Origin: Wallemia ichthyophaga EXF-994
Taxonomy: Eukaryota > Fungi > Basidiomycota
Direction of reading: 5' to 3'
NCBI RefSeq assembly: GCF_000400465.1
Contig: NW_008806277.1
Span: 20,001-268,000 of the forward strand
Length of the DNA stretch: 248,000 bases
Of the stretch, positions 25,408-38,624 are shown piece after piece. Below the pieces are notes generated by a model. It saw only the letters and a program-made list of their open reading frames with translations, did no database searches and was not told the DNA's origin. Made by a program: the position numbers and the translations under genes. How positions within the stretch are numbered: the stretch's first letter is position 1; every line of letters starts with the position of its first letter.

Positions 25408-25929
25408 ATGTTGGATGAGCTGGATGGCGACCACGTCGATAGCATCGAGGAGCTCTTTGATGAGGGTTTTATAGCGTCGTTGGGGAGCGCAGGCAGTGGC
25501 AGTGGCAGCACCAACATCAACACCAATATACACACCTGCACCACCTGCTTCAAATCATTTCCCTCCCAATGGAACCTCGACAGACACGCTACTATTCACT
25601 CCCCCGACAAAGACTTCAAGTGTGCTTTGTGTGGTAAAATTTTCGCATTGAAAGACAAATACCAGCAACACCTGCGGAGGCATAGGGGTGATGTCACAAA
25701 GCACACTTGTCCAGAATGCGGGAAAGAGTACACGGACAAATCCAGCCTCAAGCATCACCTAGCAACGCACAACACACCCAGACAGCGCTACAAATGTCCA
25801 ATATGCAATCTATCCTACACGAAACCACGAACGACCAAGATGCACATACTACGAGAACATCTAGAGGGGAGGGAGGGGGTGAATGTGAATGAAATACCAC
25901 TGGATGAGGGTGTTTACGCCTTTTTCTAG
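25408..25929 (+). CDS. C2H2 zinc-finger protein (4 fingers)
   Basis: Repeated CxxC..HxxxH. Confidence 0.85.
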   Translation: MLDELDGDHVDSIEELFDEGFIASLGSAGSGSGSTNINTNIHTCTTCFKSFPSQWNLDRHATIHSPDKDFKCALCGKIFALKDKYQQHLRRHRGDVTKHTCPECGKEYTDKSSLKHHLATHNTPRQRYKCPICNLSYTKPRTTKMHILREHLEGREGVNVNEIPLDEGVYAFF

Positions 25930-25934
25930 ACGGC

Positions 25935-26465
25935 TTAATCGAATACAGTGTCCTCGGGTGCACAGCGGTGTAGATGGCCATCACTCCTCACCGTCACGCC
26001 ATCGACATCGCGCGGTAGAGACTTGCGCATGTCGTATGCATCTTCGTGGTCGCCGTAGTAGCCAACGACGCGCCTGAAGACGGAGTAGCCGAGTTTTGTA
26101 TACATATGGATGGCATTGGAGTTGGTGAGGCGTACGAAGAGGTCGACAAAGTAGGTGGGCGAGAGCGTAGCAGAGAGGTGCTCGCATGCTTTCATAAGCT
26201 CGCTGGCGAGACCAATCTTGCGATGAGTGGGGGATATAGAGAGAGCGGTAACGTGGCCGTGGTGGTCCAAGCCCCGCCCTTCAATTTTACCGAACAAATA
26301 ACCCATCAAGGAGGAATCAGGGTGCGTGAGGCTGATGCAGATATCAGGCCAATTGATGAGGTATTGCTGGTAGAACGAGATGGAATACGTCTCTGTCCAG
26401 TAATCGAGGTTTATTTTATTGAAATTCAGAATATCCGTCGATTTAAAGCTCTTTATCGTCGTCAT
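25935..26465 (-). CDS. NAT3: NatB N-acetyltransferase catalytic subunit
   Basis: INLDYWTETY, HGHVTALSI, FVDLFVR, EDAYDMRK. Confidence 0.9.
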   Translation of the reverse strand: MTTIKSFKSTDILNFNKINLDYWTETYSISFYQQYLINWPDICISLTHPDSSLMGYLFGKIEGRGLDHHGHVTALSISPTHRKIGLASELMKACEHLSATLSPTYFVDLFVRLTNSNAIHMYTKLGYSVFRRVVGYYGDHEDAYDMRKSLPRDVDGVTVRSDGHLHRCAPEDTVFD

Positions 26466-26467
26466 TG

Positions 26468-27250
26468 ATGAAGGCAGAAGAGCGGAGCGTGGTTGAGGCG
26501 TTGGGCGAGTTGGGAGTACACAGGAGAGAGTGTGTGAGGGAGAATGATGAAAATATCCCCACAGACACACTCCACGCGGATTTGATGAGCAATCTCAGGC
26601 TGATTTCAGTGCATTTGAACAAACTTGTAATCTCAACAAAGAAGCCAGTGAATTGGAGTTTATTGAACCAGCTAATCCCAGACTTGAATGGATATCTGAA
26701 TAATCTAGTTTTTATTCTGAAATCCACAAAGTCTCACTTGCTCAAGAAGAATTGGCTGGGTATCTTCAACGACATCCTCGATAACATCCATGGATTACTG
26801 TCCAGCGTTATAGAATACAGCTACAGTGATATCATGAATCACGCTGAAATCATTCATCAAATATCCCTCTCCAATCTCCCTTGTTCTGAACTACAGGCTT
26901 TGAAGACGTCCCTTTACTCCCTCCTAGACATATTCAAGGACACGCAAAACGAGATCAGCGATTTAGACCTCGTTGAAAGCGACTTGTCGGACAAAGGTCA
27001 GAAAATTCTCAAAATTTCTCACTCACTTCCCAATAAATTCGAGCAATTGATAGACTCAATAAAAGATACAGACAATCTCCATCAAATACACACTAAATCC
27101 ACCCAGTTGTCAGATATCTGGGATGACGTAGTGTACAACCTCGATGACGATCATTCGGATGACTTTAACCAGTCAGCTGATAACTTGATGCGGGTGTACA
27201 ACGACATATTTAGCAGCGTGCAAGTTGACCTATCCAAGTTGAAGATATGA
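26468..27250 (+). CDS. Hypothetical helical protein
   Basis: Intronless 260-aa ORF. Confidence 0.55.
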   Translation: MKAEERSVVEALGELGVHRRECVRENDENIPTDTLHADLMSNLRLISVHLNKLVISTKKPVNWSLLNQLIPDLNGYLNNLVFILKSTKSHLLKKNWLGIFNDILDNIHGLLSSVIEYSYSDIMNHAEIIHQISLSNLPCSELQALKTSLYSLLDIFKDTQNEISDLDLVESDLSDKGQKILKISHSLPNKFEQLIDSIKDTDNLHQIHTKSTQLSDIWDDVVYNLDDDHSDDFNQSADNLMRVYNDIFSSVQVDLSKLKI

Positions 27251-27328
27251 GGACTGCGACATGTAATAACCTGATTTTCCCACGTCGTACATAAATCACA
27301 TCTGACCTCAGCACATGATTTCCATTAG

Positions 27329-27716
27329 AAGAACAACGATGAGCCCAATAACACACGCGCTTAGAAAAGCCACAGTGGCTGCACCGCTTGCACGACCAGC
27401 CACAGCCACAGCCACAACTACTGCCAGACAAATACACCGCACAGCACCCCTCTTGAAAGCCCTAGACAACAAAGCAACGTCGTCATGGCCAGAAGGCAGC
27501 TCATCACGTCCACACACCGAGTACAAGCCAGTTGAAGGTCGTGAAGGCAAGACGGCCAGACTGATATTCCGCATAAAGCCATCAGATATCCCGATGGAAC
27601 TGCTGCCTCTGTTTGCGGCTGTTGGCTTCGCTGTCGTTGGCGCATCGGCGTACGGCGTTTATGCGCTCTGGAATGACAAGACACTGCGTGTGCACAGACA
27701 CGGCGAGCGTAAGTAG
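27329..27716 (+). CDS. NDUFA4/B12D-like mitochondrial membrane protein
   Basis: Presequence-like N-terminus; PMELLPLFAAVGFAVVGA TM segment. Confidence 0.6.
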
Positions 27717-27797
27717 GAGTTGGCGAGGATGACGATTGTAACGCTTCTGTAACGACATGACGAAATGAATATGTATTTCTGTTTCCTTTCAACTCCT

Positions 27798-28145
27798 TTA
27801 CTCCCGCTTGGATTCTCCTACCGCTTGCGTCTTCTCGCCCTGCGCTTTTATCCCGTAATCCGCCGTGAATCGCCAATGAACAGCGTTGGTGAGCCCAACA
27901 TCGCCGCGAACAACGCCAAGCATCTTGAGAACGCCCTTGAATAACACCAGTGTGAGATAACATCCAGATAGCTCTAGCACCCAATGCAGCGCTCTGTGCT
28001 CAAGCAGTACGTGTGCTTGGAAATACTGCAGATAGCAATTCACGCCTACTATAACGAGGTATATCGGCAGACTGCGCCGCATCACCATCTTGTCTTTGTC
28101 CGACAGCCTCCTCAGGTGTCTCTCTACGCTGTTTGGTGTGCTCAT
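27798..28145 (-). CDS. Small membrane protein
   Basis: 115-aa ORF with two hydrophobic segments. Confidence 0.45.
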   Translation of the reverse strand: MSTPNSVERHLRRLSDKDKMVMRRSLPIYLVIVGVNCYLQYFQAHVLLEHRALHWVLELSGCYLTLVLFKGVLKMLGVVRGDVGLTNAVHWRFTADYGIKAQGEKTQAVGESKRE

Positions 28146-28258
28146 TTGGAAGCCCGGGTTTAGGAAGCCACATCCCGAGTGGATCTTTCAGACGTAAAAA
28201 AAAAGAGTCATCTTATTCAATTTCATTCGCATTGTAGTGTTTACATGTTTTGTTGACG

Positions 28259-30907
28259 TCACTCTCCCTCACCCACGCCGTATCTCAAACAAGGTCCAGC
28301 GATGTTGACATTGTGGAACGCAGGGACTTGCGACTTTTTCCTGTGTATATGTTCCAATGTGCGTTTGAAGTGACTGACTACGTTGTGCACGGTGAGGTTA
28401 ACGTCAACGGTGGATGGTGCTTTCAATTCGACGCTGATAGGGTGGTTATCAACCGCGTCTACTTGGTCTATCTTGGTAGAAATGCACTCTACCACACCAT
28501 TAGCCGCATTACTAAGATTTGCAACGCTCTCCACGCCCGCCCCATCCTCGAGATACATGAGGTATGTGTCAAGGATATCCACATAAACTTGTGCGCTAGT
28601 GAGTGGATCGATGAGGTGGGATGCAATGTCGGCTGCTCTACCCAACACGCGTCCCAACTTATCTTCCTCATGGGTATATACACCGGAAGCCACCATGAGC
28701 GACTCGGCCTGGTGCGACTTCTTCACCATCTTCGCTGCGAGGTTGATCAATTTATCTGCGAGCGTCGCGTAGTCGTGTGCGTTCACCTCCAGCCTTTGCA
28801 GCGCCCGCGTCGCTTCTGCCACCAATCGCATCTGGTATTTGGAGCTGACGACCTGCTCCTCGACCAGCAGCAGTGCCTCGCTGAACAGCTCGTACGCCAC
28901 CGCACCCATCTCCTTCTCCTTCTCCTTCTCGGCTGTCGACGCCGCCGCGGCCGCGCGGATGAAAAGGCGTGCGCAGTCCTCGGGTGTATCTGCCAAGACG
29001 TGTAGGTGGAAAATAGACTGGTGGATGAAAGCAAACAGTGCATCGTGCGCATACGACCTGCTTAGCTGTATAGCGCGAGTGACGAGGGTGGGGAAAGTGA
29101 ACACGATGCGTCGCCCGCCCCTGCCCAGTTTCTCGCCCGTCTTTCTGAGCAGCGCGAATTGTGTAGGAGGGTCATCTGAGTGGAAGAGGTGGATGAGGCG
29201 CGCGAGTGAGCCTTGCTCGCTGGCCAGCTCCATATCCGATTCTGAATCTGTATCTGTTGCGTCGTGGGGCGCATCGCTGATAAGCACCGCGCATAGGTCG
29301 AGCAGGTCACCCACATCCTGCTCGTCGGACACGATTGTGTGGCTGTCGAGTAGCGCGCGGCAAATGTCCTGCGCGACACTCTTGCGTGAGTGGTATGGCT
29401 GCATGCGCAATAGCGGCGCGTAAGACGTCAAAGCGAGCAACGTCAACATACTCTTGTAACTCCCAATCGGCGCGCGCAGCAGCGCAAGCACATTCGTAAC
29501 CGTCGCAGGTGAGTGCTGTGGCACCTCATCTAGCTTCGCCTGCGTGAACGAGAGCACTTGGTCGACATATTCCAATCTGTCCGGGTAGCAGTTGAGCGAG
29601 AGAACAAGCAACGAGCCCAATAACGCAGTTATATCCTGCATAGATAGATCTGGACGTGTGTCTATCAGCCTCACTATCTGCTCCCAGAACATCTCGAATA
29701 GCTTAACAGAGTGTGGGATTCCGCGGTATTTCTCCACTTCTTCTTCTCGTCCTTTACCTTTACCTGAGGTCTTTTCTGAGGTGGCACTGCCATTCTTTTC
29801 ACCTTCACGCTTCGCCCTCACTTTTTCCTGCAACCGCTTCTCAATCTCGACATCCTGTTGCTTGAGATCTTCGGGCGACTGCTGCTCAGCCTCTCGCCTC
29901 GCATACTGTGAGAGGCGGTCAATGAGGGATATGACAATCTGCTTGATGTTGACGCGAGTATTGAGCTGCGACGCGGCTGTGAGAAAAGGCGTGAGAGTGT
30001 TGAGTTGAAATTCATCCGGGAACACTTGTATAACGACCTCCATGAGATACTCCTGCGCAATAACGTCACGACAGTTTACGACCTGCTCGAGTATGTTGGG
30101 GAGTATGACAGACTGATATGTGTGCAAGTCAAGTTCCTCGAGCTGCGAGAGACGCACGAGGTTGGTGCCGACAAGAATACGCAGCTCCTTCCTCTCCAAT
30201 TCCCTCCTTTCCCTGTCCCTCGAGTGGCCCTGGTGTTGCAGTCTAACCCAGAGTTTGTTCATCTCGATAAAGTTGGAAAGAATAAAAGCGATGCTGTCGT
30301 TGAGTGTCCCCTGGCTCTTATCGGTGGAGTTCAGAGTCACTGGTAGATAATCCCTCGTCTGGCCCGACAGGTAGTGTCTAAGGAACAGGCCGCGGATCGG
30401 ATGCTGTACCCCGCGAGACATTTCCATGATATCTTTGATTATCTCTCGGACGGGCGCGTCTGGAACAGACATGTACACTGAAGCCACAGTTATCATCAGG
30501 TAGAGTCTGGGGATGATGTTTGAAGCGTATTGCACCAACTCGTATAGATCAGCGAGGTGGTGCTTCGACGACATGTGTGCGTCGTATAAGTAGGTAGACA
30601 GAAAGCGGAGACTGTCGAATATTGACATGTACAGCTCGTAATAAGCTTTGGGGCCTAGAGAAGACGTTCGCAGCTCGGATAACATGGCAGAGGCAGATTT
30701 GAAAGCATCAATGAGCTCATCGCTGTCGAGGCATTTCTTCATTTGTATTTGGTGAGTCTGAGGTGTTGGCGTGGTGTTAGCCGTGAGCTCAGTGATGCGT
30801 GTCAGTTGACTCACTTTAACGGCACTCAAAGCCTCGATTAGTAGCTGCGTAGGGGATCAGCGTGGTCCCCGCGTGCTGTGTATATCTCCCACTTTGGGCT
30901 CATCCAT
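28259..30907 (-). CDS. VPS35: Retromer subunit Vps35
   Basis: LYELVQYASNIIPRLYL, GVQHPIRGLFLRHYL. Confidence 0.95.
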
Positions 30908-31323
30908 TTGATAGATGATGGTTGTTTGATAAAGAGAAGCAACGGCAGTGGATGTCGAAACGATAACTGACAGCAACAGCAGCAGCAGTGGCCCATTCAC
31001 TCTGCCCATCACACGTCTCCCCCCACTCCAAATCCGGTCACCCCGCTATAACCACCGTTAAGGAAAAAACGCGTAGATATTGCAAGATAAGGGTATGTAA
31101 TTAGTCAGCTGGATTCCCTGATTGCAGCAATACCAACCATCTCTTACATCTCAACTTTCCAAATATAGAAGTCAGAGTATTTTATGCACTGCCCGCGATT
31201 TCACATTTTGAACCAGAACACTCATCAAGTAAATTACAAAGGCGTTGCGTTGAGTTGACAACACGTGCCATAACATATAAAGCAGACACAACACAAAACA
31301 CATCGCACAAAGCACACAGCACA

Positions 31324-34065
31324 ATGTCCACTCCTTATTACCAAAGTGCTTATCAAGACAGCACGCCTGGACTAAACAACGCTCCTTACAGTGATGACCC
31401 AATGAGCAATGAGGGTTTCAAGTACGCTGGTGGTGGCGCTGCTTTCGGTGGCGCACAGGTCGCAGCACCAAAACCCTGGTACAAGAAGAAGAAATTCCTT
31501 GTGAGTTACGTTGATTTGGCGTTGATGGCTGGGGCTGGGGCTGTCGACGTGGCTGCGTTGATTCCATTTTTTATTTTAATATTCAATCCGCCAATGATTC
31601 TGGATTCCGACCCTGTTGGTTCCTTATCTTAATTTAAAAATAACAGCCACCGTCATCACCGTCATTATCCAATAGCCACAACATCCACTAACACATGAAA
31701 AATCAGATTGGTATCCCTGCAGTCATCGCTGCTATCATCATAGCCTGTGTCGTTGGCGGTGTCGTCGGCTCTCGCAACGACGATGACAATAGCAACTCAA
31801 ACGCCAACAACGCAGCTCAACCTTCCCCTTCAGACGCTGCTCAATCTAAATTATCAAGCGGCAGATTCTCAACAGACACCAATGATGCTGGTGTTCCTAT
31901 CTACGGTAACAATGGTGTAAGCACTGCACAGCCTCTTTTCGTGCAAATTTTGACATATCTCAGACAAACTCAAAGCTTTTCCAAGCTCCTACCTTCCTCA
32001 GTGATCAAGATGACGAACTCAATCTTCCAACTTGCGACGAAAGCCCTCCTTCTTTCGACGGCGATGGTATTCAAGTCACCACTGACAGACCTCGTATTGG
32101 TGGTGTTGCTGGTCGCTGGGAATGCCTTAAAGACATGATCGACGCCGATGCATACATGAGCTATTGGAATCAGTCTATTTTCGATGAAGCTCAGCACTTC
32201 CTTGACACTCCAGCCCCAGCTTGGATCCCAGATGGTGGTTTAACTGGTTCTGGTGTACTCGACCAAGCTCGTGAATGTCAAATGGCTGTCAAGTCCTTGT
32301 CTTACGCGTATCGTATGACCAAAGACGATAAGTACAAGGATGGTGTTTGGGACCGTCTTCAAGTTATTGGTGGTGTCAAAGAAACTCCAGCAGGTACCGA
32401 TGAAGATTCCAAAACATACGGTTCTGGAACTGAAGGTGAAACCAACAACTGGAATCCAAAGCACTTCCTTGATACGGCTGAATTCATGAACTCTTTCGCC
32501 ATTGGTTACGATTGGCTCTACGACTCATGGTCCCAAGATGAGAAGGATTGGATCCGTGACACTCTCGTCACCTACGGTCTCAACCACTCTCAAGCTGAAA
32601 ACAACTACTGGTGGAGAAGTGAATCGGGTAACTGGAACTGTGTCTGTAACGGTGGTATGATTAACTCTGCTCTCTCCATCTGGGAAGATGACACTTCTGG
32701 TCTCGCTGAGCAGATACTCAACGAAGCTCTTGAAAACGCAAAGTCGAACTGTGTTTATGGTGCTCGCGAAGACGGTACATGGACCGAAACTTCCGACTAC
32801 TGGTACTTTGGTACCACTGGTTGGTCATTAGCCACATCCTCATTGATCGCTTCAACCGGTAATGAACAAGGAATGCTCACCACCAATCCAAACTTTTACA
32901 AGACTGCTGATTTCCATATGTACAACTTTGGTAACCAAGCTAAATTCGACTACGGTGACACTGGTCCAAACAAGTACACCGCCACCGCCAACGCTTTGGT
33001 CTTACTCGGTAGAGAAACTAAAACACCTGAATACATGCTCTACCAACGTGATCGCGCTGACGCTACTGACGCTTTCAACATGTTATGGTACGACCCTCAT
33101 GTAGCAGGTGCATGGTGGAACAACATGCCATTGGACAGATACTTTGACGACTCCCACACTCAATGGGCTTCATTCCGTTCTTCATGGACCGACAACAAGG
33201 GTCTTTTCGCAGCAATTAAAGCGGGTAACACGAGTGGTCACCAAACACACGGTGATCTTGATGTCGGTGACTTTGTCATTGATGCTCTCGGTCAGCGCTG
33301 GGCTGGTGAATTGGGTGCAGCCAACTACCTCGGTGAAAACTACTTCAACTCTGAAGCCCAAGATGCAGAGAGATGGCAATGGTACAGAAAGGGCACTGAA
33401 GGTCAAAATGTTTTGTTGTACAACAACACAAACTCAAACGCAGGTGTTGCTTCAGATGCTGCTTTCGGCACTTCAAACACTACTCAAGGTGCAACAATGG
33501 ATATTGACATTGATGATGACTCGACTGGTTTCTACACATCCGATATCACCAGCTCCTACTACGGTAACTCAGTCAAGCGTGGTTTAAGACTCCTTAACAA
33601 GCGTCGTCAAATCTTGCTTCAAGATGACATTGACACAGACGCGCAAATGCAATGGAGAATTCAAACTAACGCTACTATCTCGCTTAACGGTCAATCAGCT
33701 GATTTAGAATTGAATGGTGAAAAGATGACAGTCAGAATCACTAATCCTTCCTATACCGACCTTGAATTCGGCCAAGAGAAAGCTGAGCCAGATTCTTCAG
33801 ATGAACTTCCCGAAAACGGTGAAGGTGAAAATGCTGCTATTCCAAACGTCGACTCGCACGGTAATGAGACTAACGTAGGTGTTGATGTCTTATAATCTTC
33901 TTATCATTAACATCATCTCAGGTCCTTACTATCGATATCCCTGCCGGTTCTTACAGCTTACAAATCTCGTTCGAACCACAATGGGACGGCATGTCATCGG
34001 ATGACTTCCAAACCCCAAAGAATGTTGCTATCGACGATTGGTCGTTGAGGTCTCACGATGCATAA
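31324..34065 (+). CDS. Membrane-anchored heparinase II/III-like polysaccharide lyase (introns)
   Basis: N-terminal TM; NWNCVCNGG, ETSDYWYFG, HGDLDVGDFVIDALGQRWA. Confidence 0.75.
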
Positions 34066-34187
34066 CCGGCGTCTCTTTTTCAATTCTGCAATATACACAC
34101 TCTCGTTTTATAACATTTTGATTATATCAATTTCAATCTTGTGAATAGAAGATTTCGAACAATGACAATGATACATTTCTTCGACGT

Positions 34188-37100
34188 CTACACGAGTAGT
34201 TTGAGCAATGCGACTGTCTTCCAGTTGTCTTGGTCCGTTGGATCAATGTGCAGTGCACGTTGAGCATCTTTCAATGCCTCCTCTGCCATTCCTCCGTCAG
34301 CTTTAGCCAGAGCTTGCAAGGCGACATTGCTAGCGTTTAATCTGGTCGCAATGCTGTCGTCGGCCAATGCTACGTTCACACCCAGATCTTTCTTGTCGGT
34401 TGCTAGTAGCAGCTTGGAGAGGTCCCTCTTGAGGTCTTGAGCGTATGGCTCGAAGGATAACTGCTTAGTGAGCATTCTGATTGTTGAGAGTGTGTCTCCC
34501 TGTGTAAATGTTAGCGTAGCATCTCATTAATCATCTCACCTACGCTCATCAAAGTATTCTGAACGAGCAGCTTGTGCACACCCCTGTGCTTATCAATCTC
34601 GCTGCGCTTGTCAATGGGCATAGACAGGATTTCAGACAATGCAGCATCGAGCAGCCCACCGTCGTGTGTGAGTATACCTATAGCTGCGAGGGTGGAGATA
34701 GCAGGGAGATACTCGCTATCAATTTCCACACACTCCAATAACACAGACGTAGCCGAGTCTCTGTCGCCCTTACACCACAAGAGCTGCGCGAGAAGCACAC
34801 CAGCATCGACATGTTTAAACTCGTCGAAAGCATCTTTGATGGGTGTGTGCGACGAGTCGCTATAATACCCAGCCAGTCCCAAGCCAAGCATAGCTGACAG
34901 CTTCATATCTTTTTCCTCCTCTTCGACCAGACTAAGAGAGATATTGAATGCTTCTATTGCGCCACCATACTCTTCCAACGCGAGTCGGATCCTGCCTAGC
35001 GAAACATTTGCAAGGGCGTAATTCCTCTCAGTTTCAGCACTCTCGCTATCTTCATACGCAGCCTCGAGGAGCTCGACACAACGCTCTATCTGTGCTCGTG
35101 CTACGTCGTGCTGTCCTAGGCGCTCACTGACAAGGGCGTGCAGATGCAGTCCGGCGCAGTCATTCGGACTGTCCTCTGTGAACCTCTGCATCGCGTAGTT
35201 TTGACGATGCATTTCGGAGCTTTCCGCTGCCTTGTTGTGAGCAAATGCGAATCCAAAGTTGCTCTCAAGCTGTTTTTGGCATGGTTAGCTTGAGTTTAGT
35301 GAAAGAAAAGTACACTAGAATACGAACCTCTGAGCCGCCTGATATAGTAAACGAGTGCTCGTACAGCATCCTGGCATCCTCGTGTCGACCTTCCGATGTC
35401 GCGAGGATGGATAACCCAACCCATGCATACACATAGTCTGGATCAACTGTCTGGGATTTCTTGAGTGCATATCCAGCCAGCTCGGCATCCTTCTGTGCTA
35501 TATACAAGAAACCTAAGTTGGTCCAGTATGTGGGGTTACGTCCATCGATCTCAATGGCTTTGATGTACGAGTGCTGAGCAAGTCGCGCATCACTCTCGAA
35601 TACAAGATTGCCTAGCGCGTTCCAATAGTCATCATTGCCAGGCTCAGAGCGTAGAGCGTTCCTTACTGCCGCAATTGACAGCTTGGACGTATCCTTTTTA
35701 ACATCTGCCTCTGACTTCAATGAGCTTTGTTTAGAAAGCTCCTCAAGAACGATAGCGAGATCATACCACGATGACCCCACGCTATCTGGTCTGCCGAAAT
35801 CCAAAGTGATTGCAAATTCGCTGGTGAGTATTGCCACCATAACACAGGCTCTGTTGATTGAGCTTCGCGTGTTGATCGTGTTGCTGATCCTACCCAAGTC
35901 GATTATATCTTTGCTATGAAATTTCCCTAAGATATCTTCCTCCTTCACTACGCTAACTATAGTCTCGACAGCTTCACTGAGATCTGAACGCACATCCAAA
36001 GCGGCCAGCTTAGCCAATCCATAGAAAGCATCACTAAAAACCTTCCACGCTACCCTCAAATACTTCTCTTGGTGAACAAGAGTAAGGGCATGTTTAACTG
36101 ACTCAATGTAGCTCTCGACGGCTCGGCCTTTGAAGCCGCTCATTGTCTCATAACGTGCTTGTGAAATATATGATTGAGACAATGCAACCACAATCGCGAG
36201 GTTGTTTTTATCGTAGATAGACTTTAAAGTCTCAATAGCCGATGCGTGGAATCCCATCAAACGCAAGACGTCAGCAGTAGCATAAAGAGCTAGCCAGTTA
36301 TCTGCACTATTATCCAGTTCCCTACTCTTACCGAAAGTTTTTAGAGCAGCAGAATGACGTCCGGCAGCTGCATAGCTCTCACCAAGACGCAACCAGCTCG
36401 ACATATCGGCAGTATTTGCACGCAAAGCGATCTGGAATGCTTCAATAGCAGCACCATAGTTATTTCTGTTGAGTTCAACCACACCAATAGCTTTCCATGC
36501 CCAGGCGTTTCTACTGAGATATCTACCTTTAACCAATTCTTCGACTGTGCTACCTTCACCTTCGACGGTCCTCCTGGCTACAATTTCCACTAAATCCCAT
36601 TCCTTTTCATCTGCGAAACCATCAGCTAACCATCTCGCTGCTTCTGTTTCGCGGCTATCCAACTCGAATGCCTTTTGGAAACACTTGGACGCGCGTACGA
36701 CATCGATTGGTTGAGCTACCTGTAAATAGTATAGACCAAGGTACGTGAAAGATGGTGCATATTTGTTGACGTGTTTGATTGATTGTATGAAGAGTGAGTA
36801 GGAGCTCATCTTCTCCTGTCCACCTTGCTCCCAAAGACATTTGCCTAGCTTGAAATAGCATCTTGCTTGGTGGGTTGCGACGTTCTCCATATCATCTCTC
36901 TTAGAAAGCTCATCCAACACCTCCTCTAGCCCAGCTTTTCCGCTTGCGTAATCAGATTGCATCACATAGCACCAACTGTGCTCCTCTTTCGCAATAAGGT
37001 TGGCGGGATCGATGGTAATAATCCTTTGGAATACTTCCCTCGCTTGTTCCCACTTGCCGCCATACTCCATACAGGTTCCTTGAGCAGTTAGAATGTCAAC

Positions 37101-38608
37101 GTCTTGAGGGCGCAGGTTGAGAACGTTGTAGATATGCCCCATTGCTCTCATGTGATGCTTGGGAGGGAAATTATAAGTGAATGAGATTGCAAGTGTGCGT
37201 TCAAAAGCCAAATTGTGCAAGTCGTACGTTAGACTACTGTCTTTAGCGAGTACAGTACAAAGATCAAGACCTGCATCTGAGACAGCTGAAGCGTCTTCAA
37301 ATTGCTTCTCAGTCTCGTAAACAAAGCTGAGTACTCTATGAGTGAAGAGAGAGCTGTTGTTTGATTCAATACCATCAATAATTGCGTTGAGTGCCATGTC
37401 CTTTGGCATGATAGGCGTTGGATCATCTTCCAATCTGAAAGAAGGAAGATAAGCAAATAAGCCATTTATGACGCCGCAAAGAGGGTGATCTGGGAATAAT
37501 GCTTGGAAGCGTCTGAGCAGGATTGCATTGTATTCATTGAGATGTTCAACATTGCACCACTCAATTATTGTAGTCCACGCTAACAAATTGGGGACATTTA
37601 TTGTCACCATTCCTGTTGCCATAGTCATGACTTGGTGGATAAGTTGTTGCTTGAGATCTGCTTCCTTGAGGGATGTGGCTAAGAGATGGTCATGTTTGAA
37701 TTTGAAGAGGGCTGCTTCGATGTCACGCCTCAGTTCGTCGGATGTGAGTGGATGATTTAGTATTTCCAAGTAAAGGGGCTCTAACTTGCTGTCTTTTGAA
37801 GATTCAGATATCAAGTTCTTCTCAATAATATCCCTTTTTGGCGCGCCCAAGCGAGTTCTCCTTTTTTCCATCTCAGACCACCTCCACTGAGACATGTTTG
37901 AGAGGTGTATGTCCTTCAACTGAATAAGAATTGGCAATGAATCGTAAATAGCGCATTGTGATTCGTAAGTAGTGGTAAGGAGAGGCTGGGTATGATCTGG
38001 TGGTGGTAGAGTGGTCAACAAGTCGTAATATTTTGAGCCAGGCAAGTACCAATGGAGGCATTCTGTCAAATCGTCGATGTTGTTGAGTTGCTTGTGAAGC
38101 TGCAATAGCTTTTGAATAGTCTCAGCTAATTTCGTAGCGTCTGAGCTGTGGTAAGTGTGGGTGAGAGGACTGTCTTTTCTTTAGTGAAAATCAACGCACG
38201 CGTCGTGGAACAACTCAAGCAATTCAAACAGAGTCTTTATGAGTCTATTCCAGTTTTCACATTTCTCATAAAAGCTGGCCAAGCCCTTTGAGAAAGGGTT
38301 AGATTTTGTGGATGAGTGAGTGAATGGCTCACCCTCCAAGCGAGTAATTGAGTTGGATTTGATTCGATAGCTCTCCTATAAGCCTTTGATAGGAGTTGTG
38401 AGTATTATTCTGTTGATTCTACCTATATAACAACCTTCTCTGCACCGATTTCGTCACCCAAATTTAGCAGAGCTAAACCGTGGAAGACGTTGGCATTGTA
38501 ATTGAAAGGCTCAAATGTAAGAATTCCTTCTACCGATATCTTTGCCTTATCAAAGTCCTTAGCATCCAAAGACTCTTTTGCTGATTTCAATTTGGCCTTT
38601 GATGACAT
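34188..38608 (-). CDS. SKI3: SKI complex TPR subunit Ski3 (introns)
   Basis: Long TPR array; N-terminal KAKLKSAKE..YNANVF; KCFQKAFELD. Confidence 0.85.
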
Positions 38609-38624
38609 AGCTTGAACAAGGACA

